NCBI GenBank assembly: GCA_037137575.1 | Contig: JBAXKB010000005.1 | Location: forward strand, 1-59,974 | DNA: 59,974 nt | Reading direction: 5' to 3' | From: Actinomycetes bacterium | Lineage (GTDB): Bacteria > Actinomycetota > Actinomycetes > S36-B12 > UBA5976 | In this document: in pieces, positions 30,268 to 41,907 of the stretch | Layout of the letters: each line of letters starts with the position of its first letter | How positions within the stretch are numbered: position 1 is the stretch's first letter | The notes under the pieces: model-generated | Databases searched by the model: none | Seen by the model: the letters and a program-made list of their open reading frames with translations, nothing else | What the model was told of the DNA's origin: nothing | Made by a program: the position numbers and the translations under genes

Positions 30268-32633
30268 TGAAGTCGGCCAGAATAGTTGATGCGCGATTCA
30301 TTCCGCTAGCTAGTTCAATCTGGTGCTCAACTGCCGCAACGGTGTTAGTTGGGTTGCAAAGACACCCAAGTGCGTTGATTCTGTGGCTTGCAATGTTTCT
30401 CTTGGCCGCACTGGGTTTAATTTGGTGGCACAAGTACAAACACCTGTCTTATTCTGCAATCACGAAAGTAATGTGCGCCGGGGCACTTCTTGGGGTCGCA
30501 TTGGCACTCACTCGCGTTCTACCAATTACGCAAAGCCCACTAGTGGCCGAGGCCGCGCACCATTCAGTTGTCGATTTCACCGCAACTGTCGTGGGCGATC
30601 CAACAGTGTTGCCGCTTCAGGACAAACTGACCTGGACCAGCGCTGCGCGAGTCAGTATGCGCGTTCGGATTGAATCTGTTGGCACCTCAGGTGAAATTAT
30701 GCATACCAAGATTCCAGTGCAACTTTTCACCAGCAGATATGTAGATCAGTATCTGCAATTGATTCCTGGCACAGCGTTTTCGGCAGTTGGCAGACTTGAT
30801 TCAGTTCGCCCAGGCACTCCATACGTGGCCTATTTAACTGCGTTAACTCAGCCAAAGATAAGCAGTGCGCCGCCGCGATTTCAGTGGCTAGCCACTTCTT
30901 TACGTGAGCGTCTTGTTAAAGCACTTGATCGAACTCCGCAGGATGCAAAAGCACTGGTTCCTGGCTTGGCTTTAGGTGATACCCGCGCTATGAAATCAGA
31001 ATTATTGACGGCCATGCGTACCTCTGGGCTAACTCATTTGGTTGCAGTATCGGGCGCAAATGTGACAATGCTCTTGGCGTTGGTATTTGCGGCCCTGGCT
31101 AGAACTTCGCGATTAACTCGAGTCGCTGGCGCTGCGCTTACCTTAACTGCATTTGTGGTTGTAGTAAGACCACAGCCAAGTGTTCTAAGAGCGGGGGTGA
31201 TGGGCCTGGTTCTTCTGCTGGGCATCTTGGGTAAACGTAAAACCGATGCAATCAACGCGTTAGGAGTTGCAGTAGTTGTTTTAGTAATTATCGATCCGCT
31301 GATTTCAGCGACCTACGGTTTTGCACTATCAGTGTTTGCTACGGCCGGACTTTTAGTTGGTTCTGCAAAGTTACGTAGTGTAATAGCCAGCCGGGTGCCA
31401 AAAGCAATTCCAAACTGGCTAGTTGATGGACTTGTTGTTACTTTGTGCGCTCAATGTGCGGTGCTGCCGATCTTGTTGCAGCTAGGCGCAACTTTCTCGT
31501 TGGCTGCGGTGCCGGCAAACTTACTTGCAGTTCCACTTGCATCGCTAGCTATGGTTTCAGGATTAATCCTTACTGGAGTCGCAATAATCTGTCTGCCTGT
31601 TGCCCAAGTACTGGCGTGGGTCGTGGCTATTCCTGCGCTGGGAATTGCCCTGATTGCGCGTACTGCAAGTTCAGCAACTTTTTTGATTGTGCCAATCCCG
31701 CATGGTCTTCTAGGGGCATTTTTAGCTGTCGCATTCGCAGTTTCCATTACTTTTACTTCCACACGCTGGCACAGATGGAATTCGAATCAAAAATCATTGG
31801 TATCGCTAACAACGTTAGTTGCCACTACGGCAATCTGGGTTCATCCAGTGGCTCAGCTGCGAATCTGGCCACCGAATAACTGGTTGATGGTTTCATGCGA
31901 TGTCGGGCAAGGAGATGCCACGGTCATAAACCTTGGGCATCATCAAGCGATAGTTGTAGATGTTGGACCAGATCCGAGTCTTTTAGACCAGTGCCTTACT
32001 ACCTTGCACATAAAGGCAATTCCGTTGTTGGTACTTACGCATTTTCACGCAGATCATGTTGCTGGGTTAGACGCGGTTTTTCGTGGCCGTAAAGTTGGCA
32101 TGATTCGAGTCACGTCACTAGCCGATCCACTACTGACCACAAAATTTGTCACGAGTTTTCTCGCGAGTAAATCGACCAGCATGCAGGCGATAACTGCAGG
32201 CGAACATCTGTCGATAGGTCAGGTCGATATCCAGTGTCTATGGCCTGCGGAAATCATTCGTGGCGAAGGTAGCGATGCAAATAATGCCAGCATTGTTTTA
32301 TTAGCAACTATCCATGGTCACACCTTTCTATTGGCAGGCGATGTTGAGGCTCCAGCACAAAAGGCAATCGTTGCGCGCTATCAACTGCCACATGTTGAAG
32401 TTTTGAAAATGGCGCATCACGGATCGCGAAATCAAGAGATGCAATTTGCCCAAGAATTATCGCCCGACATTGCATTCATCTCAGTGGGCAAAGATAACGG
32501 CTATGGGCACCCAGCTGCCGAAACACTTACTCTCTATGAAGTTCTGGGAACCAAGATTTATCGCACAGATCGCTCGGGCCATTTAGCAATCGTCGAATCA
32601 GGCGGGATGCTGCAGGTAATGACATCCCGTTGA
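30267..32633 (+). CDS. comEC: DNA internalization protein ComEC/Rec2 with metallo-beta-lactamase domain
   Basis: TAATG overlap with comEA. Polytopic competence domain plus a C-terminal MBL motif (HFHADHVAG), 788 aa. Confidence 0.9.
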   Translation: MKSARIVDARFIPLASSIWCSTAATVLVGLQRHPSALILWLAMFLLAALGLIWWHKYKHLSYSAITKVMCAGALLGVALALTRVLPITQSPLVAEAAHHSVVDFTATVVGDPTVLPLQDKLTWTSAARVSMRVRIESVGTSGEIMHTKIPVQLFTSRYVDQYLQLIPGTAFSAVGRLDSVRPGTPYVAYLTALTQPKISSAPPRFQWLATSLRERLVKALDRTPQDAKALVPGLALGDTRAMKSELLTAMRTSGLTHLVAVSGANVTMLLALVFAALARTSRLTRVAGAALTLTAFVVVVRPQPSVLRAGVMGLVLLLGILGKRKTDAINALGVAVVVLVIIDPLISATYGFALSVFATAGLLVGSAKLRSVIASRVPKAIPNWLVDGLVVTLCAQCAVLPILLQLGATFSLAAVPANLLAVPLASLAMVSGLILTGVAIICLPVAQVLAWVVAIPALGIALIARTASSATFLIVPIPHGLLGAFLAVAFAVSITFTSTRWHRWNSNQKSLVSLTTLVATTAIWVHPVAQLRIWPPNNWLMVSCDVGQGDATVINLGHHQAIVVDVGPDPSLLDQCLTTLHIKAIPLLVLTHFHADHVAGLDAVFRGRKVGMIRVTSLADPLLTTKFVTSFLASKSTSMQAITAGEHLSIGQVDIQCLWPAEIIRGEGSDANNASIVLLATIHGHTFLLAGDVEAPAQKAIVARYQLPHVEVLKMAHHGSRNQEMQFAQELSPDIAFISVGKDNGYGHPAAETLTLYEVLGTKIYRTDRSGHLAIVESGGMLQVMTSR

Positions 32634-33670
32634 GGCATACTCTTACTGTGGCTAAAAAGAATCCAGTAGACGAAACTCGAGCAGTTTTGGCTGTTGGAAA
32701 AGAGTCTGCGCTGGTGCAGCAAGTCATCTCCCGCATGAGCACTAATGCCGCGGGCCATGATCCACAATTTATAAAAATTGAAATTGATTTGGGTGAACTA
32801 GAGAATCAAGCCAGTGATTTAGTCCAAGCACTTTCACCGTCACTGTTTGGTGAATTCACTTTGTTGATTATCCAAAACATTTCTGAAATTACTGAAGATT
32901 CATTTGCCCCACTTTTGCAGGCGATCACTGATGTGCCAGAGCATTTGATGTTGGTGCTGTGTCACCCTGGGGGAGTCAAAGGCAAGAAGTTCCTTGAATT
33001 GGTGCGCAAGACCGGGGTACTTGAGGCGGACTGTGGTGAACTCAAAAATGACAAGTTGGACGCCGCTTTGGTCGCTGAGTTCAACAAACACAAGCGCCGC
33101 ACAACGGTAGAAGCCATCGCAGCATTGCGTGAATCAGTTGGTCCTAATTTAAGTGAACTACTTTCTGCAATCTCGCAGCTTTGTGTTGACATTGAAACCG
33201 ATCCAATTGATGCAGCAGCGGTTGCACAGTACTACTCGGGGATGTCTGACATCAAAGGCTGGGATGTAAGTGATGCCATGTGGAATGCGAAACCAAAAGA
33301 AGTACTTGAGCAATTCCGTTGGGCCATTGAGCAAGATAGTTCTGCATCGCCAGCAATTATTTCGGCGATGGCTAAAGGTTTACGAACACTCGTGCGTTTT
33401 GCAAGTGCATCACCAGGAATGGGTGACTCGGAGTTGGCTAGCTACGTTGGGGTGCATCCATTTAGATTGCGTTTTTTACGAGCGCAAAAGAAGTTATGGT
33501 TTCCTGACGACTTGGCCAGAGCAACGCGGCTGTTAGCCTTGGCTGATCGCGCAAGTAAGGGCACTGCATATAAGCCAGGAATTTCCGGCGGAGTTAGTTT
33601 GGAACGCGCGCAGACATTCTATGAAATTGAAAAGAATGTTTTGGCGATGAGACCGCCACGACAAGATTAA
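32630..33670 (+). CDS. holA: DNA polymerase III subunit delta
   Basis: 4-nt overlap with comEC, 346 aa, in the conserved comEC-holA-rpsT arrangement. The TTG start is uncertain. Confidence 0.8.
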   Translation: MRHTLTVAKKNPVDETRAVLAVGKESALVQQVISRMSTNAAGHDPQFIKIEIDLGELENQASDLVQALSPSLFGEFTLLIIQNISEITEDSFAPLLQAITDVPEHLMLVLCHPGGVKGKKFLELVRKTGVLEADCGELKNDKLDAALVAEFNKHKRRTTVEAIAALRESVGPNLSELLSAISQLCVDIETDPIDAAAVAQYYSGMSDIKGWDVSDAMWNAKPKEVLEQFRWAIEQDSSASPAIISAMAKGLRTLVRFASASPGMGDSELASYVGVHPFRLRFLRAQKKLWFPDDLARATRLLALADRASKGTAYKPGISGGVSLERAQTFYEIEKNVLAMRPPRQD

Positions 33671-33927
33671 GCGTTGTTAAGCGAAGCAGCCAAAGACGAC
33701 TTGCGGTTAGCAGCCTGGTTCTTGTGAATGACACCTTTTGATACAGCTTTATCAAGTGCACGTGATGCATCTGCAAGAGCAACAGTTGCTTTAGCAGTAT
33801 CGCCAGTAGCAACAGCCTCACGGAAGCGACGCACCTTTGTCTTTAGGGCGCTGCGAACTGCCTTGTTGCGTTCTTGGGCAGCAGCATTCTGCAGAATACG
33901 CTTCTTTTGCGACTTAATGTTGGCCAC
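33667..33927 (-). CDS. rpsT: 30S ribosomal protein S20
   Basis: [26 protein letters not shown] start, 86 aa, GTG start preceded by AGAGG. Confidence 0.95.
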   Translation of the reverse strand: MANIKSQKKRILQNAAAQERNKAVRSALKTKVRRFREAVATGDTAKATVALADASRALDKAVSKGVIHKNQAANRKSSLAASLNNA

Positions 33928-34110
33928 TTGGTTTGCCTCTTTCGTTTTGTACCACGGTCGGTGGACCGATGTGCAGCCTCTAGATTACCTGCCAGAGCAC
34001 CGTTTGCTCAAATTAGCCCCTAATGTGCGAATATAGGGGCGGTAATCCACGATTTTTCTAAATTCACCTGCAATCGGATTAATGCAGATAGCGCAAGACA
34101 AAGGACACAT

Positions 34111-35961
34111 ATGGCACCGGCAACACCTAAACCAGGCGCCACAGATCCTGCCATTATTCGCAATTTCTGCATCATCGCCCATATTGACCATGGCAAGTCC
34201 ACACTGGCAGATCGCATGCTACAAATCACAGGCGTTGTTGATCCTCGCAACATGCGTGCGCAGTATCTGGACCGAATGGATATTGAACGCGAGCGCGGAA
34301 TCACGATTAAGAGCCAAGCGGTTCGGTTGCCATTCAAAGCAGATGACAACGAGCAGTATGTTTTGAACCTAATCGACACACCCGGCCATGTCGATTTCAC
34401 TTATGAAGTGAGTCGCTCACTTGCAGCTTGTGAGGGTGCCATTCTTTTGGTCGATGCAGCGCAAGGTATTGAAGCACAAACATTGGCGAACTTATATCTT
34501 GCGATAGAAAATAATCTGGTAATCATTCCAGTTCTGAACAAAATTGATTTACCGGCTGCGCAACCTGAAAAGTATGCAGCCGAACTTGCGCACATCATTG
34601 GTTGTAGTCCTGACGATGTTTTGAAAGTCAGTGCTAAAACGGGCGAAGGTGTTGGGGAATTACTCAATGAAGTCGTAAAACTAATTCCTGCTCCAGTTGG
34701 CGATGCCCAGGCTCCCGCTCGCGCACTAATTTTTGACTCGGTCTACGACACTTACCGCGGCGTGGTTACATATGTGCGCGTTATCGACGGACGTATTCCT
34801 GTTCGCGACAAAATTAAAATGATGAGTACCGCCGAAACGCACGAGACGCTTGAAGTTGGGGTAATTTCACCAGAACCGGTTGCAACAGAAGCGCTCGGTG
34901 TGGGCGAAGTTGGATATTTGATCACTGGGGTGAAAGATGTGCGTCAGTCTCGAGTGGGCGACACCGTAACTTTGGCAGCCCGTCCCGCGCAAACTTCACT
35001 TGGTGGCTATCGCGATCCAAAGCCGATGGTTTTCTCGGGTTTGTATCCACTTGATGGTTCGGACTACCCGTTGCTGCGTGACGCATTAGATAGATTGAAA
35101 TTAAATGATGCCGCTTTGGTTTATGAGCCAGAAACATCAGTGGCGCTGGGCTTTGGTTTCCGGTGCGGATTCTTGGGTCTTTTGCACCTTGAGATTGTGC
35201 GTGAACGGTTGGAGCGTGAATTCAACCTCGAGTTAATTTCAACAGCTCCGAACGTTATCTACGAAGTGACTATGGATGATGGCACCAAGCATGTGGTAAC
35301 AAACCCAAGTGAATTCCCAGGTGGAAAGATTGCCGAAGTTCAAGAGCCTGTTGTTCGTGCCACCATTTTGTCGCCAAGTGAGTTTGTGGGCACCGTAATG
35401 GAGTTGTGTCAGCAACGCCGCGGAACACTTTTGGGCATGGACTACTTGTCTGAAGACCGGGTTGAAATGCGTTACACCTTGCCGCTTGCCGAAATTGTTT
35501 TTGATTTCTTTGATCAACTCAAATCGCGCACTCGTGGTTTCGCATCACTTGATTACGAAACAACGGGCGATCAGGTTGCTGATCTAGTTAAAGTCGACAT
35601 TCTTTTACATGGCGATCCCGTAGATGCATTCAGTGCGATTGTGCACAAGGACAAGGCTTATGCCTATGGCGTGATGATGGCGAGCAAGCTCAAAGAATTG
35701 ATTCCTCGTCAGCAGTACGAAGTTCCTATCCAGGCTGCGATTGGTGCGCGAGTGATTGCTCGAGAAACAATTCGGGCCATGCGCAAAGATGTTTTGGCTA
35801 AATGTTACGGCGGAGATATTTCACGTAAGCGCAAACTTCTGGAAAAGCAGAAGGAAGGTAAGAAGCGCATGAAGATGGTTGGTCGTGTTGAAGTTCCACA
35901 AGAAGCCTTCATTGCTGCGCTCTCTACTGACGATTCGGCTGCGAAAGATAAATCGAAATAG
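34111..35961 (+). CDS. lepA: translation elongation factor 4
   Basis: G1 motif [17 protein letters not shown], and the LepA C-terminal domain, 616 aa. Confidence 0.95.
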   Translation: MAPATPKPGATDPAIIRNFCIIAHIDHGKSTLADRMLQITGVVDPRNMRAQYLDRMDIERERGITIKSQAVRLPFKADDNEQYVLNLIDTPGHVDFTYEVSRSLAACEGAILLVDAAQGIEAQTLANLYLAIENNLVIIPVLNKIDLPAAQPEKYAAELAHIIGCSPDDVLKVSAKTGEGVGELLNEVVKLIPAPVGDAQAPARALIFDSVYDTYRGVVTYVRVIDGRIPVRDKIKMMSTAETHETLEVGVISPEPVATEALGVGEVGYLITGVKDVRQSRVGDTVTLAARPAQTSLGGYRDPKPMVFSGLYPLDGSDYPLLRDALDRLKLNDAALVYEPETSVALGFGFRCGFLGLLHLEIVRERLEREFNLELISTAPNVIYEVTMDDGTKHVVTNPSEFPGGKIAEVQEPVVRATILSPSEFVGTVMELCQQRRGTLLGMDYLSEDRVEMRYTLPLAEIVFDFFDQLKSRTRGFASLDYETTGDQVADLVKVDILLHGDPVDAFSAIVHKDKAYAYGVMMASKLKELIPRQQYEVPIQAAIGARVIARETIRAMRKDVLAKCYGGDISRKRKLLEKQKEGKKRMKMVGRVEVPQEAFIAALSTDDSAAKDKSK

Positions 35962-35963
35962 TA

Positions 35964-37118
35964 ATGACTAATCGCTCACTTGGCGCGTATGTTCATGTGC
36001 CATTTTGTAGTTCACGTTGTGGGTACTGCGACTTCAACACCTACACTGCCAGCGAACTACAGCGCGATGGCACAACAGTTTCAACAGATACTTACGCGCA
36101 AAGAGTTGTAAAAGAAATCCAGGTAACCGCGAGCAAGCAAACGGATTTTGTGCAACCACTTGAGACCATATTTTTTGGTGGCGGAACTCCCACGTTGCTA
36201 CCTGCAATGGATCTAAACCTAATTTTGCGAGAGTTAGAAAATACTTACGCATTGGCAGACAATTGTGAAGTCACGACTGAAGCTAATCCAGATTCGGTCG
36301 ATAAAGAATATTTGGAAACTCTGCGTTCTGGTGGTTTCACTCGAATTTCTTTTGGCCACCAGTCCAGCAGTCAAAAAGTGTTACAAGTTCTAGATCGCAC
36401 TCATACGGCTGGGCGAACTTGGCAGGCTGTTCAGTGGGCCAAAGAAGCTGGCTTTGCACACGTAAGTGTGGATTTGATTTATGGCTCGCCAACTGAAACG
36501 GATGACGACTTACGACTTACTCTTGATGAAGTCACTGCGGCTCCTGTTGATCATGTAAGTGCGTACTCATTAATTGTTGAACCGGGTACCCGATTAGCTG
36601 CCACCATTAAACGAGGCGAACTTTCTGCGCCAAATGATGATGTGGCGGCAGCGCGTTACGAAATGATTGACAAGGCACTAACTCGCATGGGCATGACTTG
36701 GTATGAAGTCAGTAATTGGTCGCTACCTGGTGGGCAGTGTCGACATAACATCGCGTACTGGCAAAATCAAGACTGGCTGGGCCTAGGTCCTGGCGCGCAT
36801 GCGCACTTTGCCGGCTTGCGGCAGTGGAATGTTAAGCATCCAGCAGCCTGGGCAGCGCTTGTCGATTCGGGGGATATGCCAGTGGCCGATAGTGAGCAGC
36901 TCAGCGCACTTGATGTGGCTCATGAAAACATCATGCTGGCACTTCGCTTACGAAGCGGCTTGGCCCTTTCAGAACTTTCTCCTACCGCGCTAGACCAAGC
37001 TAATGTGGCCCTAACAGATGGGCTGCTTGACGCAGAGCAATTTGCAAATGGGTTGGCGGTTTTAACTTTCAAGGGCAGACTTTTGGCCGATGGTTTAGTC
37101 GCGCGCCTGTGGGATTAA
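35964..37118 (+). CDS. hemW: radical SAM heme chaperone HemW (HemN-like)
   Basis: CxxxCxxC motif (CSSRCGYCDF), 384 aa, starting 2 nt after the lepA stop. Confidence 0.88.
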   Translation: MTNRSLGAYVHVPFCSSRCGYCDFNTYTASELQRDGTTVSTDTYAQRVVKEIQVTASKQTDFVQPLETIFFGGGTPTLLPAMDLNLILRELENTYALADNCEVTTEANPDSVDKEYLETLRSGGFTRISFGHQSSSQKVLQVLDRTHTAGRTWQAVQWAKEAGFAHVSVDLIYGSPTETDDDLRLTLDEVTAAPVDHVSAYSLIVEPGTRLAATIKRGELSAPNDDVAAARYEMIDKALTRMGMTWYEVSNWSLPGGQCRHNIAYWQNQDWLGLGPGAHAHFAGLRQWNVKHPAAWAALVDSGDMPVADSEQLSALDVAHENIMLALRLRSGLALSELSPTALDQANVALTDGLLDAEQFANGLAVLTFKGRLLADGLVARLWD

Positions 37119-37125
37119 TCGGCAT

Positions 37126-37131
37126 TAGACT
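37126..37131 (+). promoter_or_regulatory. -10 TAGACT of the hrcA promoter
   Basis: The TANNNT hexamer overlaps the left arm of CIRCE by 2 nt, 35 nt upstream of the ATG. Confidence 0.45.
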
Positions 37132-37156
37132 GGCACTCAGTAGATAAGAGTGCTAG
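37130..37156 (+). promoter_or_regulatory. CIRCE operator (HrcA binding site)
   Basis: CTGGCACTC-N9-GAGTGCTAG against the consensus TTAGCACTC-N9-GAGTGCTAA. It lies immediately upstream of hrcA. Confidence 0.8.
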
Positions 37157-37165
37157 GAGTGGCAT

Positions 37166-38191
37166 ATGGATGACCGTAAACTCGCGGTTTTGCGTGCCAT
37201 TGTCGAAGACTATGTACAAACAAATGAACCGGTTGGTTCCAAGGTAATCGTTGATCGCCATGGCCTGGGAGTTTCATCTGCGACAATCCGCAACGATATG
37301 GCCGCCCTTGAAGACGAGGGGTACATCAGCGCCCCACACACCAGTGCTGGGCGCGTTCCAACCGATAAGGGTTATCGCTTATTTGTTGATCGTCTTTCGA
37401 GCGTTAAGCCGCTTTCAAGTGCAGAGCGCCGGGCAATTGAATCATTTCTAGATGCATCAGTTGATTTAGATGATGTGATGGCGCGCACGGTTAGATTGCT
37501 GGCCAACTTAACTAAACAAGTTGCTCTGGTGCAGTACCCATCACTTGGCCGTAGCTCGGTTCGACACATTGAACTAATCGCAACTTCGCCAACCAGAGTC
37601 CTATTGGTTGTTATTGCAGACACCGGTCGGATTGAACAAAGAATTTTTGAAATCCCACAAGCAACTAGTGAGCAGACAATCGGGGACATTCGTCTTGGCT
37701 TAAATGCCACATTGGCTGGCAAACTTTTCACTGAGGTTCCAGACCTATTGCTCGGATTTGGGGATCGATTTGATGTCAGCGCCCGTCCGGTTATTAATTC
37801 TGTTGTGGCCACTTTGCTTGAGTCCGTTGTTTCAAAACATGACGAGCGCGTAATGATTAGCGGCACTGCCAATCTTGCTCGGGGAAGCCATGATTTTGGC
37901 AGCGGCACTGCTTCCGTACTTGAAGCACTTGAAGAGCAAGTTGTGCTACTAAAACTTTTCGAAACGGCTGCGTCGCCAGAAGCATTGATGGTGCAGATCG
38001 GTCATGAAAATCCAGTGCAAGAATTACACACCGCATCAGTAGTAAGTGCGGGCTATGGCAGTGGCGACCAAGTTGTTGCTCATCTTGGTGTTGTTGGACC
38101 AACTCGCATGGACTATCCAGGTTCAATGGCTGCTGTTCAATCTGTGGCTTTGTATGTCGGGCAAATTTTGAGGGAGCAGACTGGTGGCTGA
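37166..38191 (+). CDS. hrcA: heat-inducible transcriptional repressor HrcA
   Basis: N-terminal winged helix ([23 protein letters not shown]), 341 aa, AGGAG SD. Confidence 0.94.
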   Translation: MDDRKLAVLRAIVEDYVQTNEPVGSKVIVDRHGLGVSSATIRNDMAALEDEGYISAPHTSAGRVPTDKGYRLFVDRLSSVKPLSSAERRAIESFLDASVDLDDVMARTVRLLANLTKQVALVQYPSLGRSSVRHIELIATSPTRVLLVVIADTGRIEQRIFEIPQATSEQTIGDIRLGLNATLAGKLFTEVPDLLLGFGDRFDVSARPVINSVVATLLESVVSKHDERVMISGTANLARGSHDFGSGTASVLEALEEQVVLLKLFETAASPEALMVQIGHENPVQELHTASVVSAGYGSGDQVVAHLGVVGPTRMDYPGSMAAVQSVALYVGQILREQTGG

Positions 38192-39299
38192 TCATTACAG
38201 CGCACTTGGCGTATCGCGTGGTGCCACAGCTGAAGAAATAAAACGTGCTTATCGCAAGCTAGCTCGCGAACTTCATCCCGATGTAAACCCCGACCCATCT
38301 GCAGAAGAACGATTTAAAGAAATTTCAACTGCCTACGAAGTCCTTTCAGATGCGCAAAAGCGCGAAACATATGACTTGGGCGGCGATCCGTTTAGTGCTG
38401 GTGGCTTTAATGGCGCCGCTGGTTTCGGCTTCGGCGACATTGTTGATGCATTCTTTGGTGGCGGCGCGCAGCGCGGACCAGTTCCACGTCGTCGACGTGG
38501 TCAAGATGCGTTGATCCGAGTGAACATAACTCTTGAGGATGCGGCCTTTGGTGGAACCCGCGATTTAAGTATTGACACAGCTATCACTTGCGGCGTGTGT
38601 AAGGGTGCAGGAACCGCGGCAAACACGTCGTTGGCCGACTGTTCAATGTGTAGGGGTGCCGGTCAAGTTCAACAGGTCCAGCGCTCATTTATCGGTCAGG
38701 TTATGACAGCTCATCGTTGTCCCCAGTGCAATGGGTTTGGAAATTTATTGCCACATCCATGTTTGGAGTGTGTGGGCGATGGCCGAGTTCGTACCCGAGT
38801 TAACATCTCAATTCAGATTCCACCGGGTGTTGAAGACGGATCTCGTATGCAAATGACCAGCCAGGGTGAAGTTGGCCCAGGCGGCGGCCCTAAAGGTGAT
38901 TTATATGTTGAGTTTGTCGAGAAGGCGCACCCAATTTTCCAGCGCCGAGGCGACCAGCTTCATGCCACACTTCCGTTGCCAATGACTGCTGCGGCCTTGG
39001 GCGCGACTTTAGAAGTAGAAACTCTTGATGGTCCGGTCAGTGTGAACATAAAAGCGGGTACACAGAGCGGCACAACAATTACTTTGGCTGGTCATGGCAT
39101 GCCTCGTCTGGGCCGCAATGGTCGGGGTGAACTGCAGGTTCATCTAGCAGTGCAAACTCCGACTGAATTAACTGATGAACAAGAAGAACTTTTACGACAG
39201 CTTGCGACCGTTCGTAACGAGGAAAAGCCTGATGCCACATTGCATCAGCACGCTGGCGGAATTTTCGGCAAGATCAAAGATGCATTCACTGGCCGATGA
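38184..39299 (+). CDS. dnaJ: molecular chaperone DnaJ
   Basis: J-domain with HPD (ELHPDVNP), G/F region, and four CxxCxGxG zinc motifs. The GTG start overlaps hrcA by 8 nt. Confidence 0.94.
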   Translation: MADHYSALGVSRGATAEEIKRAYRKLARELHPDVNPDPSAEERFKEISTAYEVLSDAQKRETYDLGGDPFSAGGFNGAAGFGFGDIVDAFFGGGAQRGPVPRRRRGQDALIRVNITLEDAAFGGTRDLSIDTAITCGVCKGAGTAANTSLADCSMCRGAGQVQQVQRSFIGQVMTAHRCPQCNGFGNLLPHPCLECVGDGRVRTRVNISIQIPPGVEDGSRMQMTSQGEVGPGGGPKGDLYVEFVEKAHPIFQRRGDQLHATLPLPMTAAALGATLEVETLDGPVSVNIKAGTQSGTTITLAGHGMPRLGRNGRGELQVHLAVQTPTELTDEQEELLRQLATVRNEEKPDATLHQHAGGIFGKIKDAFTGR

Positions 39300-40039
39300 C
39301 ACTTCCGGTTTTTATTTCTAACGCTAATTTGCAGCCAGAGCAAATAGTTGTACTCGACGGCGATGAAGGTCATCACGCCGTATCAGTGCGACGCATCAGA
39401 TTGGGCGAGAAAATTGAACTTATCGATGGCAACGGCCGCAGGGCTATTTGTGCAGTAGTAGCCCTTGGTAAGAAGTCGTTGGATGCAAGAGTTGAATCAG
39501 TTGATACTGAGGAAAAATCAGAGGTAATTTTTACTGTCGTCCAAGCACTTGCTAAAGGTGATCGCAGTGATCTTGCGCTGGAAATTCTTACTGAAGTGGG
39601 CGTGGACCAAATTACTCCATGGTCAGCAGTGCATAGCATCGCAAAATGGGATGCTAGTGATAAAGGCTTACTTAAGTGGCAACGAATAGTGCGTGAAGCA
39701 AGCAAGCAGGCCAGACGTGCTTGGCTGCCACAAATTTCTGGACTGCATTCCACCGGCGAAGTAGCCCAGCTTTTAGGACAAGCCGACCTAGCTTTGGTTT
39801 TACATGAATCTGCCCAGGATTCAATTTCGGATTTGTTAGTTCCGACCAGCGGATCGATTGTGGTTGTTGTTGGCCCTGAAGGTGGGATTTCGCTTGAGGA
39901 ACTAGCCACTTTTTCCCAGGCAGGAGCCCAGATTGTTCGGATGGGACCAGCTGTAATGCGTACTTCCACCGCGGGAGGAGTAGCACTTGGGGTACTAATG
40001 TCTGCTACAAAACGCTGGGAAATATCACCGAGTGAGTGA
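39296..40039 (+). CDS. rsmE: 16S rRNA (uracil1498-N3)-methyltransferase
   Basis: ATGA overlap with dnaJ, 247 aa, C-terminal SPOUT knot (GPEGGIS..E), in the conserved hrcA-dnaJ-rsmE order. Confidence 0.85.
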   Translation: MTLPVFISNANLQPEQIVVLDGDEGHHAVSVRRIRLGEKIELIDGNGRRAICAVVALGKKSLDARVESVDTEEKSEVIFTVVQALAKGDRSDLALEILTEVGVDQITPWSAVHSIAKWDASDKGLLKWQRIVREASKQARRAWLPQISGLHSTGEVAQLLGQADLALVLHESAQDSISDLLVPTSGSIVVVVGPEGGISLEELATFSQAGAQIVRMGPAVMRTSTAGGVALGVLMSATKRWEISPSE

Positions 40040-40394
40040 CAGACTTATGTCTATGAGTGATTGTCTATTTTGCAAAATAGTTGCAGGTGAAATTGCGGCA
40101 AATGTTGTTTACGAGACTGATCAAGCACTTGCCTTTTTCGACATCGATCCAAAAGCCCCAACTCACATTTTGGTAATTCCAAAAGTGCATTTCGACAATG
40201 TCACTGAGTTGACTCGCACAGATGTCGCTTTAGCTGGGCACCTCTTGGACGTGGTAACACAGGTAATTCAGCAAGAGACCTTGATTCGTGGCTATCGCTT
40301 AGTTGCAAATAGTGGCCCAGATGGCGGGCAAACCGTTGACCACGTTCATTTTCACATCTTGGGTGGTCGCGAATTAACTTGGCCGCCAGGCTAG
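40032..40394 (+). CDS. histidine triad (HIT) family nucleotide hydrolase
   Basis: CLFCKIV and HVHFHILGG motifs. The true start may be the ATG at 40047 or at 40053. Confidence 0.88.
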   Translation: MSDRLMSMSDCLFCKIVAGEIAANVVYETDQALAFFDIDPKAPTHILVIPKVHFDNVTELTRTDVALAGHLLDVVTQVIQQETLIRGYRLVANSGPDGGQTVDHVHFHILGGRELTWPPG

Positions 40395-40408
40395 TTGTAG
40401 AAATAGAT

Positions 40409-40414
40409 TAGAGT
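40409..40414 (+). promoter_or_regulatory. -10 TAGAGT, leaderless geometry for phoH
   Basis: TAGAGT, then 7 nt, then ATG (40422). Confidence 0.4.
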
Positions 40415-40421
40415 TGCCTTA

Positions 40422-41432
40422 ATGAGCGCCTTGCCTGACTCGCTACACAGCACAGTAGTTGTTCCAACCTCAATCCCGATGGTCTCACTTGTCGGGTCGC
40501 GCGATGAATTGATCCGCGTTGTTGAAACAAGTTACCCAAATGTGGATGTTTTAGTTCGAGGCAATGAAATTACGCTCGATGGCCCTGATCAGCAGGTGCG
40601 GCAAATTGAAATGCTCATTGCTGAATTAATCGTCATCTTGCGCACTGGCCAGGGCTTGACGCCTGATGCGATTGAACGCGCAATCAAGATGTTGCGTTCA
40701 GATGTTTTGCCCGCAGAAATTCTCACGGCAAATATTTTGTCGAATCGCGGCAAAGCTATTCGAGCGAAAACTCTGAATCAAAAGCATTACGTTGATGCAA
40801 TCGATGCGAACACTGTGGTATTCGGCATCGGTCCAGCAGGAACTGGCAAAACTTATCTAGCAGTTGCCAAAGCAGTTCAGGCTCTGCAAAGCAAGAAAAT
40901 CAGTCGAATAATTCTGACCCGTCCTGCTGTTGAAGCAGGCGAGCGTCTGGGTTTTTTGCCGGGCACTCTGAGTGAGAAAATCGATCCATATCTGCGACCT
41001 TTATACGACGCTCTCCATGACATGGTTGACGTAGATTCAATTCCGCGACTAATGGCCAGTGGAACTATCGAAGTGGCTCCTCTTGCCTACATGCGTGGGC
41101 GCACATTAAATGACGCTTTCATTATTTTGGATGAAGCGCAGAATACGTCCGCTGAGCAAATGAAGATGTTCCTGACTCGTCTAGGTTTTGGTTCCACAAT
41201 GGTGATTACTGGCGACATCACCCAAGTTGATCTACCAACTGGAACGACAAGTGGATTGCGCATCGTTCGGGAAATCCTTGAGGGTATTGAGGACGTAGCT
41301 TTTTGTGAATTAACTTCACAGGACGTAGTTCGCCACAGACTTGTTGGGCAAATTGTCGATGCCTATGCGCGCCACGATGAGGCAAAACAAGTAAAACGCG
41401 ACAAAGGCAAGTCAGAAAAAGAGACACGCTGA
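40422..41432 (+). CDS. phoH: PhoH-like ATPase
   Basis: Walker A GPAGTGKTYLA and Walker B FIILDEAQN, 336 aa, upstream of ybeY. Confidence 0.92.
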   Translation: MSALPDSLHSTVVVPTSIPMVSLVGSRDELIRVVETSYPNVDVLVRGNEITLDGPDQQVRQIEMLIAELIVILRTGQGLTPDAIERAIKMLRSDVLPAEILTANILSNRGKAIRAKTLNQKHYVDAIDANTVVFGIGPAGTGKTYLAVAKAVQALQSKKISRIILTRPAVEAGERLGFLPGTLSEKIDPYLRPLYDALHDMVDVDSIPRLMASGTIEVAPLAYMRGRTLNDAFIILDEAQNTSAEQMKMFLTRLGFGSTMVITGDITQVDLPTGTTSGLRIVREILEGIEDVAFCELTSQDVVRHRLVGQIVDAYARHDEAKQVKRDKGKSEKETR

Positions 41433-41433
41433 A

Positions 41434-41907
41434 ATGGCCATTGACGTATCAAACGAATCTGGTTTTGAACTCGATGAACTCGAGTTGGTTTACCAAGCTG
41501 AATTTGTTTTGCAGCGCCTGCACATTAATCCGGCTGCGGAACTTTCTATTTTGATTGTCGATGAAATTGAAATGGCTGTATTGCACGAAAAGTACATGGA
41601 TGAACCAGGCTCAACAGATGTACTTAGTTTTCCTATGGATGAAATGCGGGCTGGAACTGATTCCGAAATTAGTCCGGAAGGTATTTTGGGCGACATTGTT
41701 CTGTGTCCGGATGTAGCACAGCGCCAGGCAAAAGCCGCAGACCATTCATTTGCTGCCGAGATTAGGTTGTTGCTAACTCACGGAATTTTGCATTTACTTG
41801 GCCACGATCATGGCGAGCCAGAAGAACACAAAGTGATGTTTGGCTTGCAGGCGCAGTTACTTGCGCAATGGGAAGGCGAGCGCAATAAGCGAGGGATAGG
41901 TTCGTGA
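41434..41907 (+). CDS. ybeY: rRNA maturation endoribonuclease YbeY
   Basis: Zn-binding motif HGILHLLGHDH, 157 aa. Confidence 0.94.
   Translation: MAIDVSNESGFELDELELVYQAEFVLQRLHINPAAELSILIVDEIEMAVLHEKYMDEPGSTDVLSFPMDEMRAGTDSEISPEGILGDIVLCPDVAQRQAKAADHSFAAEIRLLLTHGILHLLGHDHGEPEEHKVMFGLQAQLLAQWEGERNKRGIGS

Noticed and set aside
29596-33670. comEA-comEC-holA as a competence or DNA-uptake island
   Set aside because: This trio is a conserved core arrangement in Actinobacteria and many other bacteria. No pilus or pseudopilus genes, or other competence genes, accompany it here.
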